A DNA stretch of 64,000 nt from an uncultured delta proteobacterium. Its GTDB lineage: Bacteria > Desulfobacterota > Desulfomonilia > Desulfomonilales > Desulfomonilaceae. The stretch spans positions 352,001 through 416,000 of the forward strand of contig CAWBKB010000003.1 of NCBI GenBank assembly GCA_963789265.1. Direction: 5' to 3'. The notes beneath the pieces are model-generated. The model had not been told where the DNA came from, did no database searches, and saw nothing but the letters and a program-made list of their open reading frames with translations. Shown piece by piece: positions 30,201 to 41,032 of this stretch. Each line of letters opens with the position of its first letter. Position 1 is the stretch's first letter. The position numbers and the translations under genes were made by a program.

Positions 30201-31789
30201 AAACCATAAGCTCGGCATCCAGGAGGAACGCGTCAAGTGTCTCTTCAGGCAGCGCTCAGGACACAGTTGCGACTCATATATTTACATAAAGTGTCAATTA
30301 CTTTCGTCCACTCCAGTCGAAAATGATGACACCGACTTATCTCCACCTGCTTTTGACGCCAAAAAATATCGTAAAGATTATTTACTGTGCCAAAACTTGG
30401 CGAGTCTAAAGAAGTCTCCTGAGCCTCAGTAAGTAATTTAAGATGTATCGGTATCGACAGTAGTCTCATCTCGTTCTGTGTCAGAATGTCCGCGCTAATA
30501 TTGGCTGCAGACAGCGTTTCTAGCACCATTTCGTCGGAGAAATTGGTGATTTCTTCAGACCTGAAAGCCAATGAAGTCGAAAGTTGCCGGAGTCGGTGAT
30601 CATTCTCCAAATCGAACTTTCGACAGCCCAGAATTAACCGCACATGGGAATAGAGTTGGGCCTGGGCAATGATTTCATTTACACACTCAAAAAAATCCGG
30701 GTGCCGTCCGGAGGTCAGACTGACTGCATCTAATTGATCAATAATTAGAACACATTTTTTCCCCTTTGCCGTTGACGCTATGACATGGAGAGGTGAACCC
30801 GGCAGGCCTATCTGCTCACCTACTTTCTCGGGCAGCGTCGTAGGCTTCAAGCGATCAACGCGGAAAACGAGATAAGGAACCCCGGCCTCAGCCAAAGCAT
30901 CAACTACTTCGAGAATCGTGGCGCTCTTACCAATACCCGCCTGCCCGGTAACTAAAGCCCCACGGCACGTGTCCTCAAGAACCAGAGCAGAAACCAAATT
31001 CTGTGCCTCAGGACGCTCAATCAACTTCCCGCGAATCGCGCCGGCCCGAAGAGGATTCTGGTACCGGATGTTCGCCGCGCCCAGCAAAGCCAGCACGTGC
31101 TTGTCTTTACCCCAGTCCCGTCTTACGAACCCGTGTTTTTTGAGATGATTCCAAATATCGTGAGCAGACAATTGACGATGGATGCTGTTTATTATAATTT
31201 GGCACAACACATCAACGATAGTTCTCGGATTTCCCTCAACCAATGCCCCTATGCTTCCTCCAAGCGCATTCCTGAGAATTTTTTCATCGATAGTCCGAAA
31301 CTCTGTCCTTTGCAGGGCTTCAAAGCATCCTTGAGGAGATAAGTCCTTCCAGACTTTGCACAGCGTGTCGAAAGCCTTACTATGTTTCTTCGCAGCCAAG
31401 AATTCAGATTGAAAACTCTCGAATGACATGGCGCTGGTTGCTCTGGAAGCCAATTCGTCCATTTGATAAGCAGAATGGCCGGACACGAAAACGCATTTGG
31501 TGTCGGGTTGTTTAAGTTTTTCAGCAAAATTGAGTAGGATTTTGGAGAGGGCATCAATAGTCCAGCGTCCTTCACCCGTAATTTGTCTCTTTACTTGATG
31601 AAATTCTCTGACCTTATCTTTCTTAATGTAGAACTCGACGCCCTTTCCCGCGTCACCAGGCGGCTCCAAGTATATGGATTCGGGCTGCATTCCATCAGAT
31701 CGCTCGTCCATGACGTCGACCAAACAAAAGACTGTCCAGAGCCCCTCATAAGTATTTCCAAGTTTGTCGCTGGCTCCACCTGGCATCAT
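27289..31789 (-). CDS. Large (~1500 aa) nuclease-STAND ATPase-helical repeat protein, Avs-like putative antiphage protein; split by three apparent frameshifts
   Basis: N-terminal GG.SDKLGN.YE..W...E...VEF...HQVKRQ nuclease-like motif; Walker A GQAGIGKS; Walker B LIIDQLD; LLSIPIHL; FFHETFFDY; C-terminal HEAT/ARM-like repeats; single-base fixes at ~30250, ~28745 and ~28228 join four ORFs. Confidence 0.75.
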
Positions 31790-32176
31790 TGGAGTTCCTC
31801 TCTCAAAATTCCTTCAATTCCGGAAGTATATCATGAGGAAGGCCAACCGACTGGCAAAAACGCATCTGGATCCACAGACATCCTCTGACGCGGTTGGAGA
31901 TGCCTGTCCCCGATATTCTAGTCCGCTGGAATACCGGGGTTCCTCGCAATCTACACATCGGCTCGGAGCGGTACCTTTAGCCTCGACAATTCAGTTCTTC
32001 ATCCTCCCATCCGCTCCTGCTATCTGCTCCGAGGTCCTGCCTCTTCAGACACGAGGGATTCGGACACCTTTGCCTAGTCTTTTAATCATAGGCATCACCC
32101 TATGACGCTCTGGGTTTGTGATTCCTGCTTGTGGAGGAGTTAAGGAAGAAGTCACCGGGAAGCGGGCTCACTTGGG

Positions 32177-32610
32177 TCAATGAATCAATGGGTTGCGTAC
32201 ATGCAGACCCGCAAACCTGGCGAAATCACGATCGGCCGTCCACAGCTCGGTCACACCATGCAGCCGGCACAGTGCAGCTACTCGGCAATCGTGTACCTGC
32301 GGCCCAGTTACTTGCCCCGTCTGAAGCAGAGATCGTAGGTGCAGCCAATAGTCTTCCCCTTCAGATAGAAGAACGAGGCTTGGTGATTCCAGCCAGGCCT
32401 CCACCTGGTCAATGGCAATTTCCAGGGCGTAGGAGGGGCGTAGATCCGGGGATGCGTAACGATAGAGAGGAATTCATGAATGCACGGCCAGGGTATCACC
32501 CAAGGCGCGCGGCTTTCTGCCAATACGGCCAGCCGATCATAAGCAAGGACGTGCCAGGACGAATCCTCGCGATGTGCATAAACGAGAATGTTGGGGTCAA
32601 GGGCTATCAC
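32177..32610 (-). CDS. vapC: VapC-family PIN toxin; apparent 1-nt frameshift near 32424
   Basis: MIALDPNILVYAH, EF..IVTHPRI, VHD..VAA and LWTADRDFARF motifs; adding one C gives PTPLEIAIDQVEAWL. Confidence 0.85.
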
Positions 32611-32864
32611 GCGCCTCGTCCTTTATAAATTTCCTCTCGAATCTGTTCCCAGGAAGCCCCGGTGAGGTGAGGTTGCAGGCCCGTGCCTTTGAAAGATGCC
32701 TTTCGGAGCCGAAAATCACCAGGCTTTTTGCGCCTGGAGACAATGAGGCGGAGGCCTTCTTCCACGAGCGCCTTCAGAGTCGTGTGCTCTTTGGCGGCTA
32801 ATTTACGTGCTTCTTCGAGGAGGCTATCGGGTATTTGTATGGTAGTTTTCATACGGCTAGCCAA
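32607..32864 (-). CDS. vapB: VapB-family ribbon-helix-helix antitoxin
   Basis: MKTTIQIPDSLLEEARKLA...TLKALVEEGLR; overlaps the toxin start. Confidence 0.88.
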   Translation of the reverse strand: MASRMKTTIQIPDSLLEEARKLAAKEHTTLKALVEEGLRLIVSRRKKPGDFRLRKASFKGTGLQPHLTGASWEQIREEIYKGRGA

Positions 32865-32964
32865 CCATCATGTGTGGCAAGACGTCAAGATTGTCTCGCC
32901 GTCGGCTTCGTGGGGGCATCCAGGCAAAAAAAGACTTGGCAATTGCCAAGTCCTTGTTTCTTTA

Positions 32965-33040
<76 letters not shown>

Positions 33041-33091
33041 AGCAACTTTTAATTATAAGACCGAGCCTGAACTTATGTCAATCCTTTCGTA

Positions 33092-34000
33092 CTAACCGTT
33101 GAGGTTCAATGTGAAGCCCAGTATCTCGGCCGGGTTGTTTATCCTTAGAAGGCGATACTGTCCTTCCGAATAGATCTCACCTTCCTTGACTCGATGCATC
33201 ACGTCTTCAATATCCGCGGGTGCAATCTTCGGCTTCTCTTTGAGGGCCTCCAGTTCCGGTATCTGTTGGACTGAAAGGAAGACGTAGATTCTGTCTCCGA
33301 CTCGCTTGGCATCATAGACAAACCCCTTCTTCCCGACCGGGATCAAAATCGGCTCGTGAACCTTAACCTGACCTGTGTCCCTCATTAGAGGCGGCGGCGC
33401 CTTCGCCTTTAGCTTTTTGCCCTTCTTGCCCTTCTTGGGGTTCAGCCGAGTCTTGAGTTTTGCCGGAAACAATAATTCGACGGCCTTAGGCCCTTGCCGC
33501 AAGATGTAGCAATAGCCATCCACATTCGGCTCGAACCTTAATTTATATTGGTCCCCTTTCTTGAGCTGCGTGTCGAAGCTCTCCGGCGGACCGAACCCTT
33601 TTTCTCGTTTGCCCTTGACCAGTAACTGATTGCTCATGCCGATTATCGGATCTGGAATGACGATCTTGTCGCCTGCGGCAACTTTCCCGGTCGTTGATAT
33701 ATCATTGTACTTAGCGAGACCCGAGGCTAGATTTGCGTCGCCCATCAGTTTCTGCGCTACGCTCTCTAGAGTGTCCCCTTCCTTGAATGTGTAGGTGCTG
33801 GTGTTGGGATCGTTCCCATCTTTTTTAGGTTTTGGCAGAGCAGCCCATGGAAAGGCCTTGAAATACTCTGCTTTCATGGTGAGGGGGGGCGGGACTTCTT
33901 CTATGGGAGGAAGGGGCGGAGGCTCGTCTTTCTTTTGAAAATAGGCGCATCCCGTAATCAACCCCAGAATGATGAACACTAAAACAATGTGGCGTTTCAT
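33092..34000 (-). CDS. Lipoprotein with a LysM-like domain and a DUF4384-like domain
   Basis: Lipobox ITGC; YTFKEGDTLESVA; LKKGDQYKLRF.PNVDGYCYIL...LLFP. Confidence 0.7.
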   Translation of the reverse strand: MKRHIVLVFIILGLITGCAYFQKKDEPPPLPPIEEVPPPLTMKAEYFKAFPWAALPKPKKDGNDPNTSTYTFKEGDTLESVAQKLMGDANLASGLAKYNDISTTGKVAAGDKIVIPDPIIGMSNQLLVKGKREKGFGPPESFDTQLKKGDQYKLRFEPNVDGYCYILRQGPKAVELLFPAKLKTRLNPKKGKKGKKLKAKAPPPLMRDTGQVKVHEPILIPVGKKGFVYDAKRVGDRIYVFLSVQQIPELEALKEKPKIAPADIEDVMHRVKEGEIYSEGQYRLLRINNPAEILGFTLNLNG

Positions 34001-34037
34001 AAGATCCTCCTGGCCCGGCCGTCGCGGCCGTCCGACC

Positions 34038-34649
34038 TCATTTGACAGATCCGGGGGAAGCAGCGGGCGCCTTCAGCGAAGCAGCCGGCCTACGCCGTGA
34101 TATTAGCGGAGCAAGCTCCTGCGCGCCCTTCCACTTTGTGGTTAATAAAAGCCACTGATCTTTCACTTCTTTGGGAGCGTAAGTGAGGGCCTTCCCTGTG
34201 AGTTGGTCCACCGGTTTGATGAGTTTGGAGGTCTTGACCAGAGGCCAGTCGGGTATTCCAATCAGCATCACTTGCACCGATGCAGCGACCACCAGCAGAC
34301 CGGCGGCAATTCCCATGGCGGCTCCGAATACGCGATCCAGCCAACTCAGACGGGTTAGATCTATCAGAGCCTCCAGTACCCGTCGGATAACCACAAAGAT
34401 CATCTGGACAGCGACAAAGATAAGTACCATCGAGAGGATCACTGAAATTTGCGGATCCAGTGCCGATACCTTGCTCAGGTATGCCTGTGCAACAGGGTAA
34501 TACTTGATCGCAAGGGCGACGCCGGCAACTAAACTGGTCAACGCGGTAAGCGATCGAACGAATCCTTTCCATATTCCCAGGATCAGCGTTATGAGCAGCG
34601 TGACCATGATAAAAAGATCGATCGCATTGTAGGCTTCAAGAAAGTTCAT
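34038..34649 (-). CDS. cvpA: CvpA (colicin V production) family membrane protein
   Basis: NAIDL...GIWKGFVRS and LSWLDRVFGAAMG motifs. Confidence 0.85.
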   Translation of the reverse strand: MNFLEAYNAIDLFIMVTLLITLILGIWKGFVRSLTALTSLVAGVALAIKYYPVAQAYLSKVSALDPQISVILSMVLIFVAVQMIFVVIRRVLEALIDLTRLSWLDRVFGAAMGIAAGLLVVAASVQVMLIGIPDWPLVKTSKLIKPVDQLTGKALTYAPKEVKDQWLLLTTKWKGAQELAPLISRRRPAASLKAPAASPGSVK

Positions 34650-34665
34650 GGATTCTTCCCTTGAT

Positions 34666-35775
34666 TCAGGAAGCAAGTTCGAAACTTGATGACGGAAACT
34701 GAGATTCCCCAAGTTCCAACCCGGCTCCCATGGCATATAGCGCTTTGGCTCTCGTCTTGCCGGCCATCACAATCCTCTTCGTCAGGTTCCGTTTCTTTAA
34801 TAGAGGTTCCCTAAAATAAGGATATGTAACTGATCCGACGAGAATAAGTTGTTCATCCAGACTCCTGCACGCCCCAATCAAATCGTCGCCGTCCCTGAAC
34901 AGCATCGGACCGACACCGTCAAATCCCCACCTCACCGGATAATCGGTTTCAATCATCTCATCCGCATCGCAATCAAGCAAAATACAGCCTCCGCGGGATC
35001 TGACCAGCGCGGACAGCTCATGCAAATGTTCCCTGACAAATGGGTCAATGATCGAGGCCATGTCATGGGAACGGGGAAATCCTCCGGCGTGTTCACGAAA
35101 AAATATCATCTTTACTCCCGCATCCAGCATCGCCCCGGCCGCGCCAAGATGAAATCTTTTCCAATAGCGAAAGACCCCGTGAACAAAATCCGGATTGCTT
35201 GTCAACATTCGGCAGGCATTCTTAAAATCGAAGCTCATCCAAAGAGCGTCCCACAGGCCGAAGCCCACTGTACCTGCGATGATAATGCGGCCGCGAGCAA
35301 GCCTCTTCACCCTGTTGTAAAAGCTTCGCACATTGTCTTCTTCGTAAAGCGCCCGAGAGCCGACAGAGATTTCCCAGTCCTGCTTGTTCCGACAGCACCC
35401 TCCCTGGTACGACAGTTCCAGAAGCCCTTCGTGTTGTAGGGTCAGGTCAAAAACTCTTCCCACCCTGTCAACGACAATCCCCCATGCCGGCAAATCCATA
35501 TCCAAGGGGTACAACACTGTGGAGACATCGAATCCTTGCTGAGCATCAATTTCCGTCTTGAACTTGCAGCAGCCGCTGAGAAAACCGTTGAATAGCCCCT
35601 TACGACTCACTCTTCGCGGCGAGCGGTTCATAATGCGGCCCCAGAAAAGGTGCTTGTACGCGCAGGCATCGTTGAAAAATAAGGAATTCGGACGCGTGAG
35701 ATCTCCCATGGGAGAGAGCGTTGCCGGTTCATTCCTATCACTTAGCATCTTTTTTATAGATTTTACAGGGGGCAT
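34666..35775 (-). CDS. Divergent uroporphyrinogen decarboxylase/methyltransferase-like TIM barrel protein
   Basis: VDRVGRVF, GLWDALW..F...C..L...PDFV and MLDAGV; normal metal ligands not evident; start uncertain. Confidence 0.5.
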   Translation of the reverse strand: MPPVKSIKKMLSDRNEPATLSPMGDLTRPNSLFFNDACAYKHLFWGRIMNRSPRRVSRKGLFNGFLSGCCKFKTEIDAQQGFDVSTVLYPLDMDLPAWGIVVDRVGRVFDLTLQHEGLLELSYQGGCCRNKQDWEISVGSRALYEEDNVRSFYNRVKRLARGRIIIAGTVGFGLWDALWMSFDFKNACRMLTSNPDFVHGVFRYWKRFHLGAAGAMLDAGVKMIFFREHAGGFPRSHDMASIIDPFVREHLHELSALVRSRGGCILLDCDADEMIETDYPVRWGFDGVGPMLFRDGDDLIGACRSLDEQLILVGSVTYPYFREPLLKKRNLTKRIVMAGKTRAKALYAMGAGLELGESQFPSSSFELAS

Positions 35776-36009
35776 TGGACTTCCGTTTGCACAGATCCCG
35801 GACCGCTCTCTTGTATTATTAAGTCACTTATTTGTCAATAAAAATCACAATGTTCCATGTAAAAGTTAAAGTTAACCCACCGCCTGTGCGTTAAACGCGG
35901 CGGCAACGTCTTTATTTTTTTTACAGGTTCTTCGGTGGTATGCCTGGTTGACATCCCGGTACACAACGATGTTAAGCTATTGCTACATCCCTTTGAGGCG
36001 AAGGCGACT

Positions 36010-36747
36010 ATGAAACGAATACGGAGCGAAAGTCGGGGTCCGGAGCAACTCAGAGATTGCAAAATTACCAGTGGCGTGCTCGACTACGCGGAAGGGTCCG
36101 CGTTAATAGAGGCCGGTCGTACACGTGTCATGTGCGCAGCGAGCATTGAAGACAAGGTGCCATCGTTCTTGAAGAACGAAGGGCGTGGTTGGGTAACCGC
36201 CGAATACGCGATGCTGCCTCGCTCCACTGTTACACGTTCGTCTCGAGAACGTGGTTCTCGGATAGGCGGCCGAACTATGGAGATACAGCGGTTGATCGGG
36301 CGATCTCTGCGTTGCGTAACCGATTTGTCCGCGCTGGGAGAGCGCACAATTACGGTGGACTGTGATGTGCTCCAGGCCGACGGAGGGACGCGGGTAGCCT
36401 CTATCAGCGCGGCATGGGTGGCCCTTTATTGTGCCTGCGCAACTTTAGTGACGACCGGCAAACTGGCATCGAACCCGCTCAGGGACTCCGTGGCCGCTGT
36501 AAGTGTGGGCCTGGTGGGGAACGAGATGTTGCTGGATCTGAACTACGAAGAAGATTCCGCGGCCGAAGTTGACATGAACGTGGTCATGACAGGTCGGAGA
36601 CGGCTGGTAGAGGTTCAGGCTACAGCGGAAGGGGCCCCCTTTTCCTTAGCACGATTGAATTCTCTGGTCCAACTGGCACAAAAAGGGATCACGCTTATCC
36701 AACAGATTCAGATGCAGGCCATCGAGGGACGCGCGGATGCGTTGTGA
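36010..36747 (+). CDS. rph: Ribonuclease PH
   Basis: [41 protein letters not shown] and [12 protein letters not shown] motifs. Confidence 0.97.
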   Translation: MKRIRSESRGPEQLRDCKITSGVLDYAEGSALIEAGRTRVMCAASIEDKVPSFLKNEGRGWVTAEYAMLPRSTVTRSSRERGSRIGGRTMEIQRLIGRSLRCVTDLSALGERTITVDCDVLQADGGTRVASISAAWVALYCACATLVTTGKLASNPLRDSVAAVSVGLVGNEMLLDLNYEEDSAAEVDMNVVMTGRRRLVEVQATAEGAPFSLARLNSLVQLAQKGITLIQQIQMQAIEGRADAL

Positions 36748-36774
36748 TTCTCCAATGGCAGAGCGCCAGGGTTA

Positions 36775-38052
36775 TTATTTCCCGGGATTTTCCGAACGGG
36801 CGCTGGCCCCGCTTTTCAGGTCCGGGAGGCCGCTTGAAATATTGGAGGATTCTTCGTTGTTGGTGCCGACAAGTGCGGCAATCTTTTCCGTCAACGCGGC
36901 CCGGTGTTTCTCATCTGTTGTAAGCTTCACTGCATGTCGGTAGTCTTCGGCGGCCTTTGGCGCGAGTCCCTTCATAATCCAAATCAAAGCGCGGTTTTCA
37001 TAGAACGTAGGGTTTTGGGGATCGAGCGATACTGCCTTGGAGTAGGCAGCCAACGCTTTGTCGAATTCGCCGCGCTCGTGATAAACCAGCCCCAGGTTGT
37101 TGTACGCCACCGCATCTTTGGGGTTCAATTCCAGGGCCTTGTTATAATCCGCGAGAGCTTTATCTGCTTCTTTCATCTTGTAGTACGCGTCCGCTCTTAC
37201 TCGATAAATCTCCGAATTTGACGGATCCTTTTCGAGCGCGGCGTCAAAATCCTCGATAGCCTTTTGGTGCTTGCCCTCTTTATGATATGTCAGACCGCGA
37301 TCGCGCAGAGCAGGAACGTACCCGGGGTAGACTTTCAGAGTTTTTGTCCAAAGATTGATTGCCTTTTTTTCCTGCCCTTCCCGGTATTCCTGCAGGCCCT
37401 CCTTGTGCAGCTCCTCGGCATACATCTTACGAATCTTTGTTATTCGCTTTTCTACGCCCGGCAGGCTTTCGCGACCTCCACTCGCGTCAACAGCTTTAAT
37501 GTACGCTTCCAGGGATTTCTCGTAATCCTTTTTCTGCTCGTAGATCTCCCCTAGTCCCTGATATGCACGCACATTCTTCTTATTTAGTGAGACACCCTGA
37601 CGCAACTGTTTGACGGCCTTGTCAAGCTCCCCTTTGTCTTTAAGCACCAGACCCAGTGTTGTGTGAATTACACTGTCTCTCTTCCCGTGTTTGAGAGCAC
37701 CGGTGAGGTCTGACAAGGCGCCGTCCAGATCACCTTTTTTGTAACGCGCGTTGCCCCTGTTCGCCAAAGCATTGTTGTAATCAGGCTTGATTTCCAGGGC
37801 TCGGTTGTAGTCCTCGATGGCCTTGTCCAGCAATCCCTTGCGCTTGTATGCCACTCCTCTGTTGTTGTACGAGAGATGGTCCTGAGGATCCAACTGTATG
37901 GACTTCGTAAACAAGGAGATCGCGTCGTCCAGATGACCTTGACTGAGAGCGTCTACGCCCTGGTTGTAGAAATCTACAGCATTTTGCTGGGAAAATGCCG
38001 CAACTGGTGTGAACAATACGAAGAAACTCAAACAAAACAGTAGCTTTTTCAT
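36775..38052 (-). CDS. Secreted tetratricopeptide repeat protein
   Basis: Signal peptide; repeated YNNRG.AY...G..DKAI.DY.RALE..P TPR units. Confidence 0.93.
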   Translation of the reverse strand: MKKLLFCLSFFVLFTPVAAFSQQNAVDFYNQGVDALSQGHLDDAISLFTKSIQLDPQDHLSYNNRGVAYKRKGLLDKAIEDYNRALEIKPDYNNALANRGNARYKKGDLDGALSDLTGALKHGKRDSVIHTTLGLVLKDKGELDKAVKQLRQGVSLNKKNVRAYQGLGEIYEQKKDYEKSLEAYIKAVDASGGRESLPGVEKRITKIRKMYAEELHKEGLQEYREGQEKKAINLWTKTLKVYPGYVPALRDRGLTYHKEGKHQKAIEDFDAALEKDPSNSEIYRVRADAYYKMKEADKALADYNKALELNPKDAVAYNNLGLVYHERGEFDKALAAYSKAVSLDPQNPTFYENRALIWIMKGLAPKAAEDYRHAVKLTTDEKHRAALTEKIAALVGTNNEESSNISSGLPDLKSGASARSENPGK

Positions 38053-38393
38053 GGTGCCTGGAGTCTCCTACAATTTGCTCCGCCTTCGCCCGTTAGCACA
38101 AACTTCCACGTCCCGTTATCATTCCTTGGTCCATAGGAGAGGCGGGGGCCGCGCGCGCCTCTCAGTGTATTGAGTCAATATATCATATTATTAACCATAT
38201 AACCAGTTCAGATCAGCAAAAATGCAAGACTTTAGGATAACATTTGCAATCTATTATTTTTGCTTGACAGCGTTCTGCGCCGATGTTAAAGAGCCTTTTC
38301 AATGAAGCCCGACAACGGGCTAAATTCAGTATCCTTAGCTTGAGTCTACGCCCTCAAGTATATATTTAAAGATCTACCAAAGGAGGATCCGGT

Positions 38394-38858
38394 ATGGTGA
38401 CAAGAGTGACCACAATACTGTTCTGTGTGGGGATATGCTTGTGTGCGGTGATGATCTCCCTTTGTCACGCGGGTGGTCCGGTGGCTTGCGCTGAGCCTTA
38501 TTGTGCTCAGGCCCCCCAACCATGCGGCCCGCCGCCTTGCGCGCCGCCCACCTGTGGCGCTCCAACTCCCTTTTCTTTTTGTGGTGGTATCTTGGGCGCG
38601 TGCAGCGGGATTTGCGGCGCAGTTATCGGCATCCCCGCGGCGATCATGGGGGGCATTCTGGCGCCTCCGAGACTGCCCGGCGCCGGCTGCGCTCCGCCGA
38701 TGTGCTCTCGACCCGCCTGCCCGCCTCCGGTATGTCAGCCTCAAATGTGCTGCGCACCACCCATGTGCGCGCCTCCTCCTTGTCCTCGGCCCATAACCAA
38801 GTGCCGACCCACAGCCTGCGGACCGGGTTATGCTTACGGGCCGGTAGGGTATCGCTGA
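38394..38858 (+). CDS. Secreted Cys/Pro-rich protein of unknown function
   Basis: AAGGAGG RBS; signal peptide; repeated CxPPx units. Confidence 0.75.
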   Translation: MVTRVTTILFCVGICLCAVMISLCHAGGPVACAEPYCAQAPQPCGPPPCAPPTCGAPTPFSFCGGILGACSGICGAVIGIPAAIMGGILAPPRLPGAGCAPPMCSRPACPPPVCQPQMCCAPPMCAPPPCPRPITKCRPTACGPGYAYGPVGYR

Positions 38859-39311
38859 CGGCCGTGCCGAGTCCCCGCCATTGGGGCAAGAGTCGAAAAG
38901 AACAATTGGATGTAAAAGTCTTGCTTGAGGATTTGTCCTGGCTGTCGCCTCTTGGTGCTGATTCCGGAGTGGCACGCGGCCAATGTGCAAAGCTGATGTC
39001 GGTGTGACGTCTCGTGAAAACTTGAACAAAAACCGATGTCAAGAACATAGGCCGGCATACGACTCCCTTCCCCCTGTGTCAAAGGGGGCGTAGAGAGATT
39101 TTGAAAGCGAGGATGAGATTCGCTTCAAGCAAAAGTCGTCAAGATTCGAAGTTGCGGCTCCGACAGTTACACGAGGAGCCGGCCAATAGACCTTAGGGAA
39201 GTTCAACGGATCAGGGCGTCTACCGATGGTTCGGTGGGAAAAACCCTGATCACAGCCGAGGGGGTGAAGTGGGATCCCCTCTTTTTGTTAAACCCCAATT
39301 CCTCCTTATCC

Positions 39312-39341
39312 ACGGGGACGCTCAACGTCCCCGTTTTTTTT
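39312..39341 (+). terminator. Intrinsic terminator
   Basis: ACGGGGACG-CTCAA-CGTCCCCGT followed by a T-run. Confidence 0.75.
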
Positions 39342-39422
39342 GAGGAAAGCATTGAGAACCGCGATTCTTGCATCGCCGGGTATGCTCATCCTTCCTAAGT
39401 TGTAGAATGACACTGGCGCACC

Positions 39423-40019
39423 TTACCGAGTCTCCTCGTTGGATGCCGGACCCCTGAGCAGTCCCCAGATGGGCGGGCAAGCGGCGACCGGGACGATTTG
39501 CTCAATCACCTCAAATCCATGCTTCGAATAGAAGTCTAAATTCCTGCGATTGGAACTCTCCAGGTAAACAGCAATTCCGTCCTCATCTGCTTTCCGAAGG
39601 ACCTGCCTGAGCAGTACACCTCCCAAGCCTTTTCTCTGATGATCCGGATGCACTCCCAGGACCAGGATGTACCAGTGTGGCTGGCGAGGGCGTATCTTAT
39701 CAAACTTATTAAAGATCTTAACCCATTGTTCCATCACGCGATAGGGCGCAAAAGACAGTGACTTCAGAATCAGTTTGGTTAACACGGCCATCATCTGAAA
39801 AAACGGGGGAGGGTACTCTTCCGGCGGAGACGCGCCGATCACTCCCGCGCACTCCTTATTGGCCGTCGCGACAGTCCATGTCTTTGCGGATAGTCCCAAA
39901 ACGAAGTCCAGTCCTGTGGAGAGTCCCTTGGTCCGGGATCCTGCTTCCGGCAACAAGAATTCACTCAACGGATCGTGGAAAAACGCGGCTGTCAAAGTTT
40001 CGATACGGGGATCTCCCAT
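39423..40019 (-). CDS. GNAT family N-acetyltransferase
   Basis: HWYILVLGVHPDHQRKGLG and YLESSN.RNLDFY.KHGF motifs. Confidence 0.92.
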   Translation of the reverse strand: MGDPRIETLTAAFFHDPLSEFLLPEAGSRTKGLSTGLDFVLGLSAKTWTVATANKECAGVIGASPPEEYPPPFFQMMAVLTKLILKSLSFAPYRVMEQWVKIFNKFDKIRPRQPHWYILVLGVHPDHQRKGLGGVLLRQVLRKADEDGIAVYLESSNRRNLDFYSKHGFEVIEQIVPVAACPPIWGLLRGPASNEETR

Positions 40020-40283
40020 TATGAAACCGTGCGGAAAATTTGTGCAGCGAGCCCGTAAGATTCTCGCACTTCACATGAATCAGAAATTTTACTGCCATGT
40101 CAACAACAAGAAAAGCCTAAGCGGTGAGTTCCTTTTCGCTTCAAAGAGAAGTTGTCAGCCCTTCTTTAGCGCCACCTGCCTAGATTCCATTTCCTTTAGG
40201 TTAGCACGGAAAAATCTGGTTGATTTCAAAACAATGTCCGGAGATAATCAATTGCAATGAAATTATGGAAAAAGGGGGTTGTA

Positions 40284-40715
40284 ATGGAATTTATTAAGAA
40301 ATTCGCCGTTGTTTTGGCCGTATCTTTTGCCCTCGTGGGGTGCGGTTCGTCGATGGACAAACAGGTTTCTAAATTGTCGGCAACAGTAACAAAGCTTGAA
40401 CAAGAGACTGCGCAATCAAAGGAAGCCGTCAACAAACTCCAGCAGGAGGTCACCGAGGCCAAGGAGTCCATCAGTAAGATGGAAAAAACGATGACTCAAT
40501 CAATAAAGACGGCAGTTAGTAAGCTGGAACAAGGGCAAACCTCTTTCAAGGCAGATCAGGAGCAGTCCTTGGCGCAGCTAAAGGCAACATTGACGAAACT
40601 CCAGGAGGAAATTTCTAAAGCAAAGCAGAGCGTCAAGCCAGCGGAAAAGAGTGCCGCTCCAGCGGAAAATAAAGCCGCTCCGAAGGAAAGCCCTCAAACG
40701 CCCCCGGCTCAGTAG
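40284..40715 (+). CDS. Coiled-coil lipoprotein
   Basis: Lipobox LVGC; heptad-rich body; alternative start 40257. Confidence 0.75.
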   Translation: MEFIKKFAVVLAVSFALVGCGSSMDKQVSKLSATVTKLEQETAQSKEAVNKLQQEVTEAKESISKMEKTMTQSIKTAVSKLEQGQTSFKADQEQSLAQLKATLTKLQEEISKAKQSVKPAEKSAAPAENKAAPKESPQTPPAQ

Positions 40716-41032
40716 ACCGATCCATTGAGCCGGAACGCGTCCATTTTGTGTGCCGGGAAGAGACACAAGGAAATTGCGACGATAAAATCTCTGGCGAGCA
40801 GTCGGATGTGCCTGTGAAAGAGCAGCGTTGATTAAGGTCGATCCATGACGGGCAATTCGGGAATATAGAGGAGCCTGAATTTTAGCTCTCACGTCATTTC
40901 GTTTTCGTACAAGTAATGCGGCGGGCACTGATGCCCGTCGCTTTCATTTCCAGGGCCGACAGGGACGGGACATCGGCCAATGCGTGCATCTGTTGGTTAA
41001 TCGACCGTCAAATAGTGTCAGGCCGCTCAAAA

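Noticed and set aside
30245..30247. Selenocysteine read-through at the TGA in the STAND gene
   Set aside because: The downstream coding sequence is in a different frame, so a one-base indel explains it
31830..32100. Possible nuclease gene remnant (GAD...IVEAKG) on the minus strand
   Set aside because: Needs frameshifts and the match is too short to distinguish from chance
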